In this document: in pieces, positions 48,326 through 58,599 of the stretch
Position numbering within the stretch: the stretch's first letter is position 1
Layout: every line of letters begins with the position of its first letter
NCBI GenBank assembly: GCA_028868715.1
Contig: JAGWUB010000002.1
Coordinates: 211,388-275,387 of the forward strand
DNA from: Patescibacteria group bacterium
GTDB taxonomy: Bacteria > Patescibacteriota > Minisyncoccia > Phycocordibacterales > UBA9973
Direction of reading: 5' to 3'
DNA: 64,000 bases
Notes under the pieces: model-generated
What the model saw: only the letters and a program-made list of their open reading frames with translations
Database searches by the model: none
Told to the model about the DNA's origin: nothing
Made by a program: the position numbers and the translations under genes

Positions 48326-48357
48326 AAAAAAGACCTGGGGCATCCCGGGCTTTTTTT
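48326..48357. terminator. Bidirectional terminator
   Basis: AAAAAGACCTGGG-GCAT-CCCGGGCTTTTTT between convergent genes. Confidence 0.7.
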
Positions 48358-48362
48358 AATTC

Positions 48363-48920
48363 TTATTGATAACTAGGTTTTATTTCTTCTTCGCCTTCTA
48401 TGTGACTAGAAATGCGCGCTAAGGCATAGAGTAAACTAGATAACCGATTTAAATATTGCCTAGATTCTGCAGAAACGTTTCTTTTCCCTTCTTCTTGCAC
48501 AGCCACTACCCTCCTCTCTGCTCTTCTCGCTAGTGTTCGTGCAAAATCAAACATACCACCTACTTCTGTTGCACCAGAAATAAAAAATGTTTTTATCGGT
48601 GGCAACATTTTTTCAATACCATCCACCAATGCCTCTACTTCTTTTATCTTATCTTCGCTGATGCTCATCTCTGATCCAGCCACTTCGGCCTGAACTATGA
48701 AAAGATTTTGCTGAACCACTAAAATAACATCGGAAAACTTTTGTTCACCTGATTCTATTTTAAAACTCATACCTTTAGTTTTCGCCCGAGTAAAACCAAG
48801 AAAAGAGTTCACTTCATCGAGTGTACCTAGCGCTTCCGCCACAAGTGAACTTTTTGAAACCCGTTGGTCACAACCGAAGGTCTTGGTAGTGCCATCGTCC
48901 CCTTTCCTGGTATACAACAT
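48363..48920 (-). CDS. pduO: ATP:cob(I)alamin adenosyltransferase, PduO type
   Basis: LYTRKGDDGTT, GTLDE.NS.LG, ART.ARRAER, YLNRLS. Confidence 0.92.
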   Translation of the reverse strand: MLYTRKGDDGTTKTFGCDQRVSKSSLVAEALGTLDEVNSFLGFTRAKTKGMSFKIESGEQKFSDVILVVQQNLFIVQAEVAGSEMSISEDKIKEVEALVDGIEKMLPPIKTFFISGATEVGGMFDFARTLARRAERRVVAVQEEGKRNVSAESRQYLNRLSSLLYALARISSHIEGEEEIKPSYQ

Positions 48921-48931
48921 AGTTTTTTTAG

Positions 48932-51238
48932 TTAGATCTCGCAGACTCCAGAGACACAAGCAAATTCTTTTGCTCCTACGGTATTGTCAGTAGCCTCGTA
49001 TTGAGAAAGTTTTGAGAAATCAATCTTACCGATAGCTTTTGAACGTCTTTCGTATTCTTCCTTTTTTATTTCTTCATATGGAGCTAGCTGATAGACGTGT
49101 TCTGATCGTGGCAGGAAAGAAAGTCCACCAATCCAATCCCAATTTTCGTAAACGAAATTACCTACAGCTATCCACTCATCTGGGCCAACATAAATAGTTG
49201 CCGATGGATTGTGTTCTACAAAGTGCTCTTTGAGTCTCTTCCATTCCTTCATTAAATCTAAAGCTGAAACTTCATCTTTAAAGATAGCTCCTTGGGGTGC
49301 TTTTACTGGGAATTCCAGAACAAACGTGGTGGCTGTGTCTTCTGATTGCCCGACTTCGGGTAAACATGGCACTCCTTGATCTCGAGCCATTTGCAGTAAT
49401 GTATCAGTGTGAGAAATGCGTACTCGGCGAATAAAATATGGAGCGTACCAAGGGTGCATACCTGAGCCGACTCCTAGGAGCTGACCGGAATTTCCGTGTG
49501 GCTTTACGCAAGTGATCGCAGTAGAAGAATTAATCCCAAAACGTTTTGCATATTTTTTATTTACTTCAACCGAATGTGCTTTTAGAGCGTCCAATACTTT
49601 ATCTTCGCGAACAATCGGATTATCGTAATATCCAGTGAGTGATACTCCGAGCAATCTTTCTTCGTCACAATTTTCTTTCCATTTTTTTGAAAGATAACCA
49701 AAATTAGTTAAGGTAGATTGATATGTTCCAAGTAAGGTAGCGAGTTCTATCTTTCTCTTTAGTGTCGCTGCTGTGTCTTTTGGACGGATGACTATACTGG
49801 TTAAATTACAAAATTGCTTTGATCTCAAATAAATTTCTCCGCAAGGATTTAATCCGATCTGTCTTTCGTCTTTGATAGCTGCCCATCTACGCGCTGGTAC
49901 TTGTTTCTCTAGTCCTGCTCGGTTGAAAATTCCACGCTCACCAGATTTTGATTTTACAAGTGCAGTCCACTCATCCAAGAATTCTTCTGCTCCAGGCTTT
50001 GCATTATAAACTGCAGAATTATTTGCCATAGCTCTCTGACCTTCAGTGAGATAAAATTGTCCTTTCTTTGAGTCTCGCATTTCTGTATCTTCAAGTTCGG
50101 AAAGAGAGATGAGTGCGCTACGTCGTACTCCTCCGGCGACAACGATCAAACCGATCTGGCAGATGATATCGTGCATATCTAAGTTTGAAAGTCTTCTACC
50201 TTGTTTAGATAAAATTTTACGTTTAGAAAATTCCATCAAGTCCATTAGTGGTTGCGGTCCGGAAGCTTTACCTCCAGCTGTTTCTAGACGTGAACCAGCT
50301 GGTCTGATCATTCCATAATCAAACTTCACATCTCTGCCATCAAACCAAGCATTTAATCCCAAAACAAAAGCATCCGCCCAACCTTCTTTACTATCTACGA
50401 CTACGTGCGTCGGAGCTTTTTCTTTTATTTGTTTCTTGATTTGTGGAAATTTTTGAACATTTTCCCATTCAACTGCAAAGCCAAGCCCTGCTCCACACAT
50501 AGAGACATACATGATCTCGCCAAGGTCTTGGGTGCAGGTAGGAGCAATATATGAACAATTATAAGCCCAAACATTAGACTGACGACAAGCTTTGCCAGCA
50601 GACCATAAAAGTCGCATAGATGGGCAAATATCTTGATTTAAGATAGCTTCTCTGACGTCTTCATACTCTTTAGCGGTAAGTTTGTTTCCGAGGTTCTCCT
50701 TCATGTAAGCCATGTAGCGATCAATAGTTTCTATCCATGTCTCACGACGGCCAAGCTCTGGAATCCAACGAGAATAAAATTGGTAGAAAATATATTCTGA
50801 GTAAGGGCTTGAAAAATATTTACTAGATTCTTCGACAGCAAGACGAACTGCTTCTGGTACTGGACCAAATTCTGCTCGAAGAAGAGAACGCTTGTTACGA
50901 TAAAGTATGTAGCTCTTGGCTGTAGCGGTAAAATCATTTTTCATCAACTCTTTTTCTACAAAATCTTGGACTATCTCAACTGTGGGCAAAAATTTTGCAC
51001 CCTTGTGTTTGTTTACTAACTCAGTCCGCAATTCGAGAAGGTTTTTAAAAACACTATTAGCTACCTTGTGAGATTCAGTTTCTCCACCTTCACCTGTGAC
51101 TTCAAAAGCTTTAGAAATGGCTCCAGCGATAATTTCTAAATCAAAAGGAATTACCTCCCCGCTTCTCTTGCGAATTGATTTTATTTTTGATAATTCGCTT
51201 TTTGAAATTTTTTCTTTTGTTTTTGTTTTTGTTGTCAT
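48932..51238 (-). CDS. nrdJ: Class II (AdoCbl-dependent) ribonucleotide reductase with ATP cone
   Basis: ATP cone, RRETW.E, YNCS, VVAGGVRRSA, NPCGEI, TCVKP, C-terminal CVSGVCEI. Confidence 0.93.
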   Translation of the reverse strand: MTTKTKTKEKISKSELSKIKSIRKRSGEVIPFDLEIIAGAISKAFEVTGEGGETESHKVANSVFKNLLELRTELVNKHKGAKFLPTVEIVQDFVEKELMKNDFTATAKSYILYRNKRSLLRAEFGPVPEAVRLAVEESSKYFSSPYSEYIFYQFYSRWIPELGRRETWIETIDRYMAYMKENLGNKLTAKEYEDVREAILNQDICPSMRLLWSAGKACRQSNVWAYNCSYIAPTCTQDLGEIMYVSMCGAGLGFAVEWENVQKFPQIKKQIKEKAPTHVVVDSKEGWADAFVLGLNAWFDGRDVKFDYGMIRPAGSRLETAGGKASGPQPLMDLMEFSKRKILSKQGRRLSNLDMHDIICQIGLIVVAGGVRRSALISLSELEDTEMRDSKKGQFYLTEGQRAMANNSAVYNAKPGAEEFLDEWTALVKSKSGERGIFNRAGLEKQVPARRWAAIKDERQIGLNPCGEIYLRSKQFCNLTSIVIRPKDTAATLKRKIELATLLGTYQSTLTNFGYLSKKWKENCDEERLLGVSLTGYYDNPIVREDKVLDALKAHSVEVNKKYAKRFGINSSTAITCVKPHGNSGQLLGVGSGMHPWYAPYFIRRVRISHTDTLLQMARDQGVPCLPEVGQSEDTATTFVLEFPVKAPQGAIFKDEVSALDLMKEWKRLKEHFVEHNPSATIYVGPDEWIAVGNFVYENWDWIGGLSFLPRSEHVYQLAPYEEIKKEEYERRSKAIGKIDFSKLSQYEATDNTVGAKEFACVSGVCEI

Positions 51239-51243
51239 GGGAT

Positions 51244-51792
51244 TTAAATTATTTTAGGGTTAAGAATATTAATGGAAGATACTACCGACTTTCGTTTCCT
51301 TTTTTTTATCAGAAACTTATATATGGCGGGAGATAAAACTAAAGCAAAAGAAATGTTTCCCAAGAGATGCAGTGCGGTAAATGGAATCTGTCCGACGAGT
51401 GTAGTCAGAAACGATTGATGGAAGAACAATGGACCGATAGTTAAGCCCGTCACAGCATCAAAAAACAAAGTTCCAATGATTGCAAAACGCACGTAACTCC
51501 ATCTGTCTGAATTATGCTTCTTAAAATAACTTGCAGACCAAAAACCTATTACTCCATAAGCTCCAGTGGTAAATAAAGTTTGCAAACCAAGTGTTCCAGT
51601 TAATACATCGTAGAGTAAAATACTTAAAACGGCAAAAGAAAAACCCGCAAGGGCTCCATAGTACTTACTAAATGGCATAGTGGTCGCTAATATTGGTTCA
51701 ATATTTGGTGCGCGTAGCGGAAGAAGTCGTACGAGAAGACACAAGACAAGTCCAACTGTAAATTTAAAATAATTTTTTTTGCCTGAATCCAT
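51244..51792 (-). CDS. ECF transporter S-component, cobalamin-type candidate (CbrT/BtuM-like)
   Basis: 6 TM segments, R..P..PN.EP, PF...H..GN; first gene of the nrdJ-pduO operon. Confidence 0.75.
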   Translation of the reverse strand: MDSGKKNYFKFTVGLVLCLLVRLLPLRAPNIEPILATTMPFSKYYGALAGFSFAVLSILLYDVLTGTLGLQTLFTTGAYGVIGFWSASYFKKHNSDRWSYVRFAIIGTLFFDAVTGLTIGPLFFHQSFLTTLVGQIPFTALHLLGNISFALVLSPAIYKFLIKKRKRKSVVSSINILNPKII

Positions 51793-52053
51793 AGACAACC
51801 ATTATACACGAAACCAGACCCCTTATGTAAAGTGGATAACCCTGATTTTTTGCTAATTTTGACGAAAAATTATTTTAAGCAACATCGAAAAAAATAAAAC
51901 AAGATGCAGTCCAGAACCTCTAGGGTTGGCAACAGTTTTTAAGTCACAATTTTTTTTATTTTTGTAAAACTAGCTGTATTGACAACACTAATAATGTAAT
52001 TTCTAATATAAAATTACGAATTCTGGGATAGATTTTTGGGTTGGCTCAATTTT

Positions 52054-52130
52054 TGGTGCGCGTGCCACGATTCGAACGTGGGACCCTCGAGGTATAAGCT
52101 CGATGCTCTAACCAACTGAGCTACACGCGC
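52054..52130 (-). tRNA. tRNA-Ile(TAT), CCA encoded
   Basis: GCGCGTG/CACGCGC-A-CCA, TCGAG-CTTATAC-CTCGA anticodon arm. Confidence 0.92.
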
Positions 52131-52189
52131 ATACAGAAATACAATATCTCATTTTCGCATTAAAAACAATATAAAAAACAACAAGAATC

Positions 52190-54124
52190 TTAAAGAAGAG
52201 ATTCTTCAGTCGGAGCTATAATTTCTTTTTTCTTTAGCAGAATGCCATGAGCAGTTAGAATTTTCTCATATTCCTCTTGTTCTAGAGTTTCTACTTCGAT
52301 GAGCTTGTGAGCTATGGCTGTAAATGCTTTTTTATTTTCCGCTAAAACTTTTTCTGCAGTCTTCAATCCATCATTTACGATTCTCTTAACCTCAGCATCA
52401 ACTTGGGTAGAGACATTTTCAGAATATTCTTTTTCTACAACTTCTCCATATTGAGTTCGGGTGCTTCCGCCCAAAGTAATCGGACCGATAACATCCGACA
52501 TCCCCCACCGCGTGACCATAGAGCGAGCGAGATTTGTCGCTACTTGTAAATCACTTGATGGTCCGGTAGTAATATCGCCGAACATCATCTGCTCTGCCGC
52601 ATATCCACCGAGTGACATGGCGATGTCATCTATGAATTCTTTTTTTGATTGCAGACGTCTTTCTTCAAGTGGTAATTTCAAAGTGTATCCTCCAGCATTT
52701 CCGCGAGCGATGATAGAAACTTTATGTACTGGATCAGCATAAGGCAAGACTGAAGCAACCAGCGCATGACCCGCTTCGTGATACGCAGTAATTTCTTTTT
52801 CTTTTTTAGAAAGTAAATGACTTTTGCGTTCAGGCCCAAGCATAACTTTTTCAATCGCCCGAATCAGATCAAATTGAAAAACTTTTTTACGATTCTCACG
52901 TGCAGCCAAAATTGCCCCTTCATTCATTAGAGAATATAAATCAGCGCCAGAAAATCCTGGAGTGCGTTCCGCAATTAATTTTAAATTAATATCTTCAGCT
53001 AATGGTTTTTTTACCGCATAAATTTCCAAGATTGCTTCGCGGTCAGCGCGATCAGGTAAATCCAAAATTACTTTTCTATCAAAACGTCCAGGACGAACAA
53101 GTGCTGGGTCGAGCACATCTGGTCTATTGGTAGCGGCCATGACTATAACTTTATCGTTTGGCTCAAAACCATCCATTTCTACTAGTATTTGATTTAAGGT
53201 CTGCTCTCGTTCGTCGTTTCCTCCTCCAAATCCCCCACCACGAATTCGTCCGATGGCATCTATTTCATCCACAAATATAATGGCTGGAGCGGATTTTTTG
53301 GCCATTTTAAACAAATCTCTTACTCTTGAGGCTCCAACGCCCACAAACATTTCCACAAATTCACTACCTGACAAATGGAAAAATGGTACTGAAGCTTCAC
53401 CAGCCACAGCTCGAGCAAGTAGGGTCTTGCCTGTGCCAGGAGAGCCGGTCAACATCACACCCTTGGGAATCCTAGCTCCTATATCCAAAAATTTCTTTGG
53501 GCTTTTCAGAAAGTCTACGATTTCTTTTAATTCTTCCTTAGCTTCTTTACATCCAGCGACATCTTTGAAAGTTACTCGGCTATTTTTATCATTCGGATCA
53601 GTGATACGCGCCTTGGATTGCCCAAAAGTCATAGCCTGCATTCCTGCACCTTTTACTTGGCGCGAAATATACCAAAAGAAAATTACAATAAATAAAATCG
53701 GTAATAGAAACGGTAGAATATTTAAAAGCCAGAAACTAAATCCGTTCTCATCTTTTATTTGGATATCAGTTTGGGCGAGTGCCTCACTGGTGACACCATA
53801 ATTAAAAAGTGTTTGCGAAAGTGCTGAGCCGACTTCTTTTTTAGATGTTTTTACTTGGTCGTCAATGTAAGTGATAGAAAGATTGTCCCCCTCAACAACA
53901 ATTTTCTTAACTTCTCCAGCAGAAACACTTTTAGCTAAATCAGAAATTGAAACCTCGGGAATAGTTTTTCCGCTTCCACTTATTACTAAGTAAAGTGCGG
54001 CGATGATCATAAAAATAAATAAAGCCCCAGCAATACTAGTGGAAAGTTTTGTTTCCTTTTTACCATCTTTACCTCCGCCTTTATTGTTTTGTCCGATTTT
54101 TTTCTTTAAAGAATTGAAATCCAT
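52190..54124 (-). CDS. ftsH: ATP-dependent zinc metalloprotease FtsH
   Basis: [34 protein letters not shown]. Confidence 0.98.
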   Translation of the reverse strand: MDFNSLKKKIGQNNKGGGKDGKKETKLSTSIAGALFIFMIIAALYLVISGSGKTIPEVSISDLAKSVSAGEVKKIVVEGDNLSITYIDDQVKTSKKEVGSALSQTLFNYGVTSEALAQTDIQIKDENGFSFWLLNILPFLLPILFIVIFFWYISRQVKGAGMQAMTFGQSKARITDPNDKNSRVTFKDVAGCKEAKEELKEIVDFLKSPKKFLDIGARIPKGVMLTGSPGTGKTLLARAVAGEASVPFFHLSGSEFVEMFVGVGASRVRDLFKMAKKSAPAIIFVDEIDAIGRIRGGGFGGGNDEREQTLNQILVEMDGFEPNDKVIVMAATNRPDVLDPALVRPGRFDRKVILDLPDRADREAILEIYAVKKPLAEDINLKLIAERTPGFSGADLYSLMNEGAILAARENRKKVFQFDLIRAIEKVMLGPERKSHLLSKKEKEITAYHEAGHALVASVLPYADPVHKVSIIARGNAGGYTLKLPLEERRLQSKKEFIDDIAMSLGGYAAEQMMFGDITTGPSSDLQVATNLARSMVTRWGMSDVIGPITLGGSTRTQYGEVVEKEYSENVSTQVDAEVKRIVNDGLKTAEKVLAENKKAFTAIAHKLIEVETLEQEEYEKILTAHGILLKKKEIIAPTEESLL

Positions 54125-54174
54125 ACAAAAATTATAGCATAAAAAAATAATAAAATCTATGGTAAGATTAAATC

Positions 54175-54618
54175 ATGGCTAACTATGCGGAAAATCGAAA
54201 AGCTCGTTTCAACTATGAAATTTTAGAAAAGTACGAATCCGGTATTGAACTTTTGGGGACCGAAGTTAAATCTGTGAGAAGTGGACAGATGTCCTTGGAT
54301 GGTTCTTTTGTAATTGTCCGCGGAGGTGAAGTATTTTTAATAAATGCCAACATTCCACCATATCAAATAAAAAATGCTCCAAAGGACTACGACCCACTAC
54401 GCAATAGAAAACTTTTACTAACTAAAAAAGAAATAAAAGAACTCACTGGCAGTGAGAAAACAAACTTGACGATTGTGCCTCTTTCAGTGTATAATAAAGC
54501 TAGAAAAATCAAAGTAAGCATTGCTTTAGTTAAAGGCAAGAAAAAATTTGATAAACGTGAGACTCTCAAAAAACGCGATACTGATCGCGAGATCAGAAGA
54601 GAATATCGGGGAAAATAA
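54175..54618 (+). CDS. smpB: SsrA-binding protein
   Basis: NRKARFNY, GIEL.GTEVKS, RKLLL, GKK.FDKRE. Confidence 0.97.
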   Translation: MANYAENRKARFNYEILEKYESGIELLGTEVKSVRSGQMSLDGSFVIVRGGEVFLINANIPPYQIKNAPKDYDPLRNRKLLLTKKEIKELTGSEKTNLTIVPLSVYNKARKIKVSIALVKGKKKFDKRETLKKRDTDREIRREYRGK

Positions 54619-54640
54619 AAGGACGTTGAAAATACAATAT

Positions 54641-55037
54641 GGGGATGCAAGGCATAGACAGTAGGCCTCTTGTTATTGATGCATACCGAGCATGGACGTA
54701 ATCTCGTAAAAATTCGTCTAAATGTTAATTGCAAAATTAGCTTCTAAGGTGAAAGCTTCAGTTTCTCCATACTTCGGTATGAATGAATTCGCTTTCGCTC
54801 TAGCTTAACTTAGGTTCGGCTAGTGTCTCTCTTATAGACTTCCGATATATAAGATGGGGCAACATATTATCGGGATAGTTCCCTCGCCTGTTCCGACGAG
54901 AGAGCAAAACAAAGGAACTCGATTAAAAAATATTTGGCTCGCTTAAGAATTTTTTAATTAAAACCAAAAAGCGTGCTACGTATGTAGACTTCTTTACAAT
55001 AACCTTCTGCACGGGGATTCAATTTCCCCCATCTCCA
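54641..55037 (+). ncRNA. ssrA: tmRNA; tag frame 54731-54808 (AKLASKVKASVSPYFGMNEFAFALA*)
   Basis: GGGGATG/CATCTCC-A acceptor with G3-U70, GGGGA-TTCAATT-TCCCC T arm, directly after smpB. Confidence 0.93.
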
Positions 55038-55079
55038 CTATTTATAGCCCAAAGGATAATTTTTTGATATATTTACATC

Positions 55080-55364
55080 ATGAAGGAAGAAAGCCCATTA
55101 AAACGAATTCTGAAAACCGAATTTAAACAAGGCCTTGGGCCAAATTGGAACGGAATAAAACAATACCTAAATTACCCAAAATTTCCCAGTCGTGCTAAAA
55201 ATTTTAAATTAGAACTCGCCGATGCGATTTTAAATCACTCTATCAGTAGAGAAGAATTTGAACTTTTGACAGCAGTAGATCAAGATACCCAAGCTGATGT
55301 TGATCAGTTTTTAATTGAAGAAATCTGGAAACCTTTATATGGGGATGAACCAATTTCTATCTAA
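55080..55364 (+). CDS. Hypothetical protein
   Basis: ORF with TGaTATATT 6 nt upstream. Confidence 0.55.
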   Translation: MKEESPLKRILKTEFKQGLGPNWNGIKQYLNYPKFPSRAKNFKLELADAILNHSISREEFELLTAVDQDTQADVDQFLIEEIWKPLYGDEPISI

Positions 55365-55385
55365 ATAAAGACATTCCACCATTAG

Positions 55386-55414
55386 TTGACTTTGTAGCCT
55401 AAATACGCTATATT
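55386..55414 (+). promoter_or_regulatory. Sigma70 promoter of infC-rpmI-rplT
   Basis: TTGACT-N17-TATATT. Confidence 0.65.
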
Positions 55415-55441
55415 TTAGTAGTTAAATACTATATATACCAA

Positions 55442-55948
55442 TTGCGTGAAAGAATAAACAACCAAATACGGGCTTCGGAACTGCGGGTTTTAGACAGTGA
55501 AAATAAAAATCTCGGTGTTTTAAGTATAAGAGATGCTCTAGAATTAGCCCAAAGTAAGGGTTTAGACTTGATTGAAACAGGCCCAAACTCCGTTCCCCCA
55601 CTCGCAAAGATAATGGATTTTGGTAAATATAAGTATGAGGCAAGTAAGAAATTAAAGAAGCAAAAAAGTACGGCAAAACATACTGAAACCAAATTGGTTC
55701 AAATAAAAATAGGTACGGGAGACCATGACCTAGAACTGAAGGCCAAAACTGTTTCGAAATGGTTAAAAGAAGGTCATAGGATTAAAATTGAACTTTTCTT
55801 AGCTGGACGCGCTAAATACATGGATGAAAAATTCCTAAAAGAGCGTTTGGATAGAATACTTCACTTAATCACTGAAGATTATAAAATATCAGACGCATAT
55901 AAAAAGGGTCCAAAAGGTTTAACTACCACAATAGAAAAATCAAAATAA
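55442..55948 (+). CDS. infC: Translation initiation factor IF-3 (non-AUG start)
   Basis: RINNQIR..E.R, LDL.E, PP.AKIMDFGKYKYE. Confidence 0.96.
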   Translation: MRERINNQIRASELRVLDSENKNLGVLSIRDALELAQSKGLDLIETGPNSVPPLAKIMDFGKYKYEASKKLKKQKSTAKHTETKLVQIKIGTGDHDLELKAKTVSKWLKEGHRIKIELFLAGRAKYMDEKFLKERLDRILHLITEDYKISDAYKKGPKGLTTTIEKSK

Positions 55949-55954
55949 AAATTT

Positions 55955-56149
55955 ATGAAAGGAATGAAAACAAATAAATCATATAGCAAGCGATTAAAAC
56001 TTACGAAAAACGGCAAGGTAATTTCTAGAAAGCCAGGTTTTAATCATTTCAATGCAAAGCAATCCCGCACCAAACAACTTGGCGGTCGCAAGCGACAAAA
56101 TTTTATAATTAAAAATAAACCAAAAAGCCACTTACTACCCTTTTCCTAA
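55955..56149 (+). CDS. rpmI: 50S ribosomal protein L35
   Basis: KTNKS.SKR.K.T..GK, between infC and rplT. Confidence 0.93.
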   Translation: MKGMKTNKSYSKRLKLTKNGKVISRKPGFNHFNAKQSRTKQLGGRKRQNFIIKNKPKSHLLPFS

Positions 56150-56179
56150 GAAAAATAGCAGTGGACGTTAAATAATAAT

Positions 56180-56554
56180 ATGACAAGAGTAAAAAAAGGA
56201 GTACACGCATTAAAGAGAAGAAGAAGTGTTTTAAAGCAAACTAAAGGTATGCGACATGGTCGCAGTACTAAGGAGCGTCAGGCAAAAGAGGCGCTACTAC
56301 ACGCTGGAAACTATTCTTTCGCTCACCGAAAAGATAAGAAGTCTCATAATAGAAAACTTTGGAATATAAAAATAAATGCTAGCAGTCGTGAACTCGGCAT
56401 GTCTTATTCTAAACTAATTGATGCCCTCAAAAAGAAAAACATACTGCTTGATCGAAAAATTTTATCTGACTTTGCCGAGCATCATCCATCAACTTTTGCA
56501 AAAGTAATCGAAGCAGTAAATAAACCAAAAGCCACCGCAACTGCAACTAAATAA
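56180..56554 (+). CDS. rplT: 50S ribosomal protein L20
   Basis: MTRVKKG, RKLW..KINA, SYS.L, LDRKILS. Confidence 0.97.
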   Translation: MTRVKKGVHALKRRRSVLKQTKGMRHGRSTKERQAKEALLHAGNYSFAHRKDKKSHNRKLWNIKINASSRELGMSYSKLIDALKKKNILLDRKILSDFAEHHPSTFAKVIEAVNKPKATATATK

Positions 56555-56563
56555 TCAACAAAA

Positions 56564-56588
56564 TAAAAAACCCCACACGGGGTTTTTT
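56564..56588. terminator. Bidirectional terminator
   Basis: AAAAAACCCC-ACAC-GGGGTTTTTT. Confidence 0.8.
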
Positions 56589-57201
56589 ATTTTACGGCAG
56601 GAGCTGGTGAAACTATTTTATATTCAGCTATTTTGTCTTTTTTAATGAGAGCGATGATTTCTGTGATAAGTTTTTTGGGGTCGTTGCCTACAGCTATTTT
56701 TGAATTGGGCCTATGTCCTTTGGCTACAATTTCCTCGAGCTCTGCCCCCATCTCCCATGGTCCTTCAAAAATACCGATAGGTTTTTGATCTTCAAAGGCA
56801 ATAGTAAATTCATGGATAGTTCCAATGCGTCCGCATCCACAGATAACCGCATCCGCGCTACGAGTAAGTAAAATATCGCGCCCAGCATAACCAAAGCCGG
56901 TGTAAATTATCAAATCCATATAATCAAGTGGAAGTTTGAATGTCTCTACATGTTCTTTTTCTGAAGTAGCTGGAGAAATTCCTATGGAAATACCTCCGAC
57001 TTCTTTCAAGCCCATTGCTACCCAAAGCGGAAAACCTGTCGTAGCTCCAGTTACCAGCACTGCTCCCTGACGCGCTATCTCACGTCCGAGCTCTTTGGCT
57101 TTCTCTAATGCATCCACTCCGCAGTGACCAGTCTCAGCGGCGCCCGATACGCAAATTTTTATTTGATTATGTCCGTGTTTAGTATTTAAAAGAGGTTCCA
57201 T
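56587..57201 (-). CDS. LOG/TIGR00725-like Rossmann-fold protein
   Basis: A.ELGREIA..G..LVTGA..G, GISP, R....RS.DA, G.IGT..E. Confidence 0.8.
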   Translation of the reverse strand: MEPLLNTKHGHNQIKICVSGAAETGHCGVDALEKAKELGREIARQGAVLVTGATTGFPLWVAMGLKEVGGISIGISPATSEKEHVETFKLPLDYMDLIIYTGFGYAGRDILLTRSADAVICGCGRIGTIHEFTIAFEDQKPIGIFEGPWEMGAELEEIVAKGHRPNSKIAVGNDPKKLITEIIALIKKDKIAEYKIVSPAPAVK

Positions 57202-57220
57202 TTGTTCATTGTAACATTAT

Positions 57221-58585
57221 CTAACAAGAAAGCGTAACGCTGGTTCCCTGCTCCGGAGCGTAAGCTTCAATACCTAAATTATCTCTCAATTTCTGAACTA
57301 AAAACATTGAAGATTTTGGTTCACCCATGACTACAAAAACTTTTTTTATAGACTCCTGCATATCTTCCACAAAATTTAAAAGCCCATCCGAATCTTTGTG
57401 TCCTGAATATCCATAAATTGTTACGACATGTGCTCGCACTATGACATCCTCACCAGAAATACGCACTGTCTTTACGCCTTCTTGGATCAAGCGTCCTGGA
57501 CTACCTACAGCTTGGTAGCCAGCTAAAAGTATCGTATTATTTGGGTCTGGCAAATAATGTCTCTCGTGATGCACTACTCGTCCACCAGTAGACATTCCAC
57601 TGCCCGCTATGACTATTTTGGGATTCGGCACATTGGCAATCATTCTAGACTCTTCAGACTTCAAGGTATTGTGCAGCCCCGGAAAATCAAACAAGTATTT
57701 CTCGTGCGACATCGCTTTCTGAGCCGACTCATTAAAATACTCCCTAAATTGCTTAAAAACATCAGTCAAACGAATAGCCAGTGGCGAATCAAGGAAAATA
57801 GGCATTACCGGAATACGGTCCCCTTCTACTAATGCATTTAGCTCAAAAAGAAGCTCCTGTGAACGCTCTAATGAGAAAGTCGGAATGATCAGGGTGCCCT
57901 TACGTTTATAATTATCTTCAATCGTTTCTTCTAAATACTTTCGGCGCTCGTCTCTAGATTCATGATTTCTGTCACCATACACAGATTCCATAACTAGATA
58001 GTCCACATCAGGCACTTTTTCGGTATCTGGTAAGATTGGTGAAGGACTATTCCCCAAATCCCCAGTGAAGAGAATTCTCTTTCCATTGTAAGTAAATAAA
58101 ACCATCGCCGAGCCTAGTATGTGCCCTGCGTTAAAAAGTGACACTTCTAAATTTGGAGTTACATTTATTTTTTGATGGTAATCAAAACCCTCCCACAAAG
58201 AAAGTGCGAGTTTTATGTTTTCGGGCGTATAGATTTTATCTAGACCTATGTCTGTATTTTTAGATAAAATTCCAGCGGTGTCCTCAAGCATTGGGAGAGA
58301 TAAAGCTTTGGTGGGTTTAGTAGAATAAATTTTACCTCGGAAGCCTTCGTGCAGGAGTTTGGGAATTCTTCCTACATGATCCACATGCGAATGGGTGACA
58401 AAAAGAATATCTATTTCTTTTGGATCATACACGAATGGTTCCCAATTTACATCATCCGCCAACTTTAATCCTTGAGTCAGACCACAATCAACTAAAATTT
58501 TCTTACCATCAACCTCTAAAAGAAAATTAGCTCCTGTTACTGAGCCTGTACCTCCATGAAATGTTATTTTAGCTGTCTTTTCCAT
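57221..58585 (-). CDS. MBL-fold beta-CASP ribonuclease
   Basis: THSHVDHVG, AGHILGS, TGDLG, ESVYG, GSGM..GGR, SGH.D. Confidence 0.92.
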   Translation of the reverse strand: MEKTAKITFHGGTGSVTGANFLLEVDGKKILVDCGLTQGLKLADDVNWEPFVYDPKEIDILFVTHSHVDHVGRIPKLLHEGFRGKIYSTKPTKALSLPMLEDTAGILSKNTDIGLDKIYTPENIKLALSLWEGFDYHQKINVTPNLEVSLFNAGHILGSAMVLFTYNGKRILFTGDLGNSPSPILPDTEKVPDVDYLVMESVYGDRNHESRDERRKYLEETIEDNYKRKGTLIIPTFSLERSQELLFELNALVEGDRIPVMPIFLDSPLAIRLTDVFKQFREYFNESAQKAMSHEKYLFDFPGLHNTLKSEESRMIANVPNPKIVIAGSGMSTGGRVVHHERHYLPDPNNTILLAGYQAVGSPGRLIQEGVKTVRISGEDVIVRAHVVTIYGYSGHKDSDGLLNFVEDMQESIKKVFVVMGEPKSSMFLVQKLRDNLGIEAYAPEQGTSVTLSC

Positions 58586-58599
58586 TTTTTTATTATACC

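Noticed and set aside
51698-51715. 17/18-bp match to the tRNA-Ile 3' end as an att site
   Set aside because: Lies inside the conserved LRAPNIE coding motif of the S-component; likely chance
51800-52050. Second riboswitch, NrdR box, or ECF motif (TGTAAT-N16-CGAA at 51995-52020) upstream of the nrdJ operon
   Set aside because: No B12-box or convincing NrdR palindrome; the ECF-like match faces antisense to the tRNA and has a weak -10
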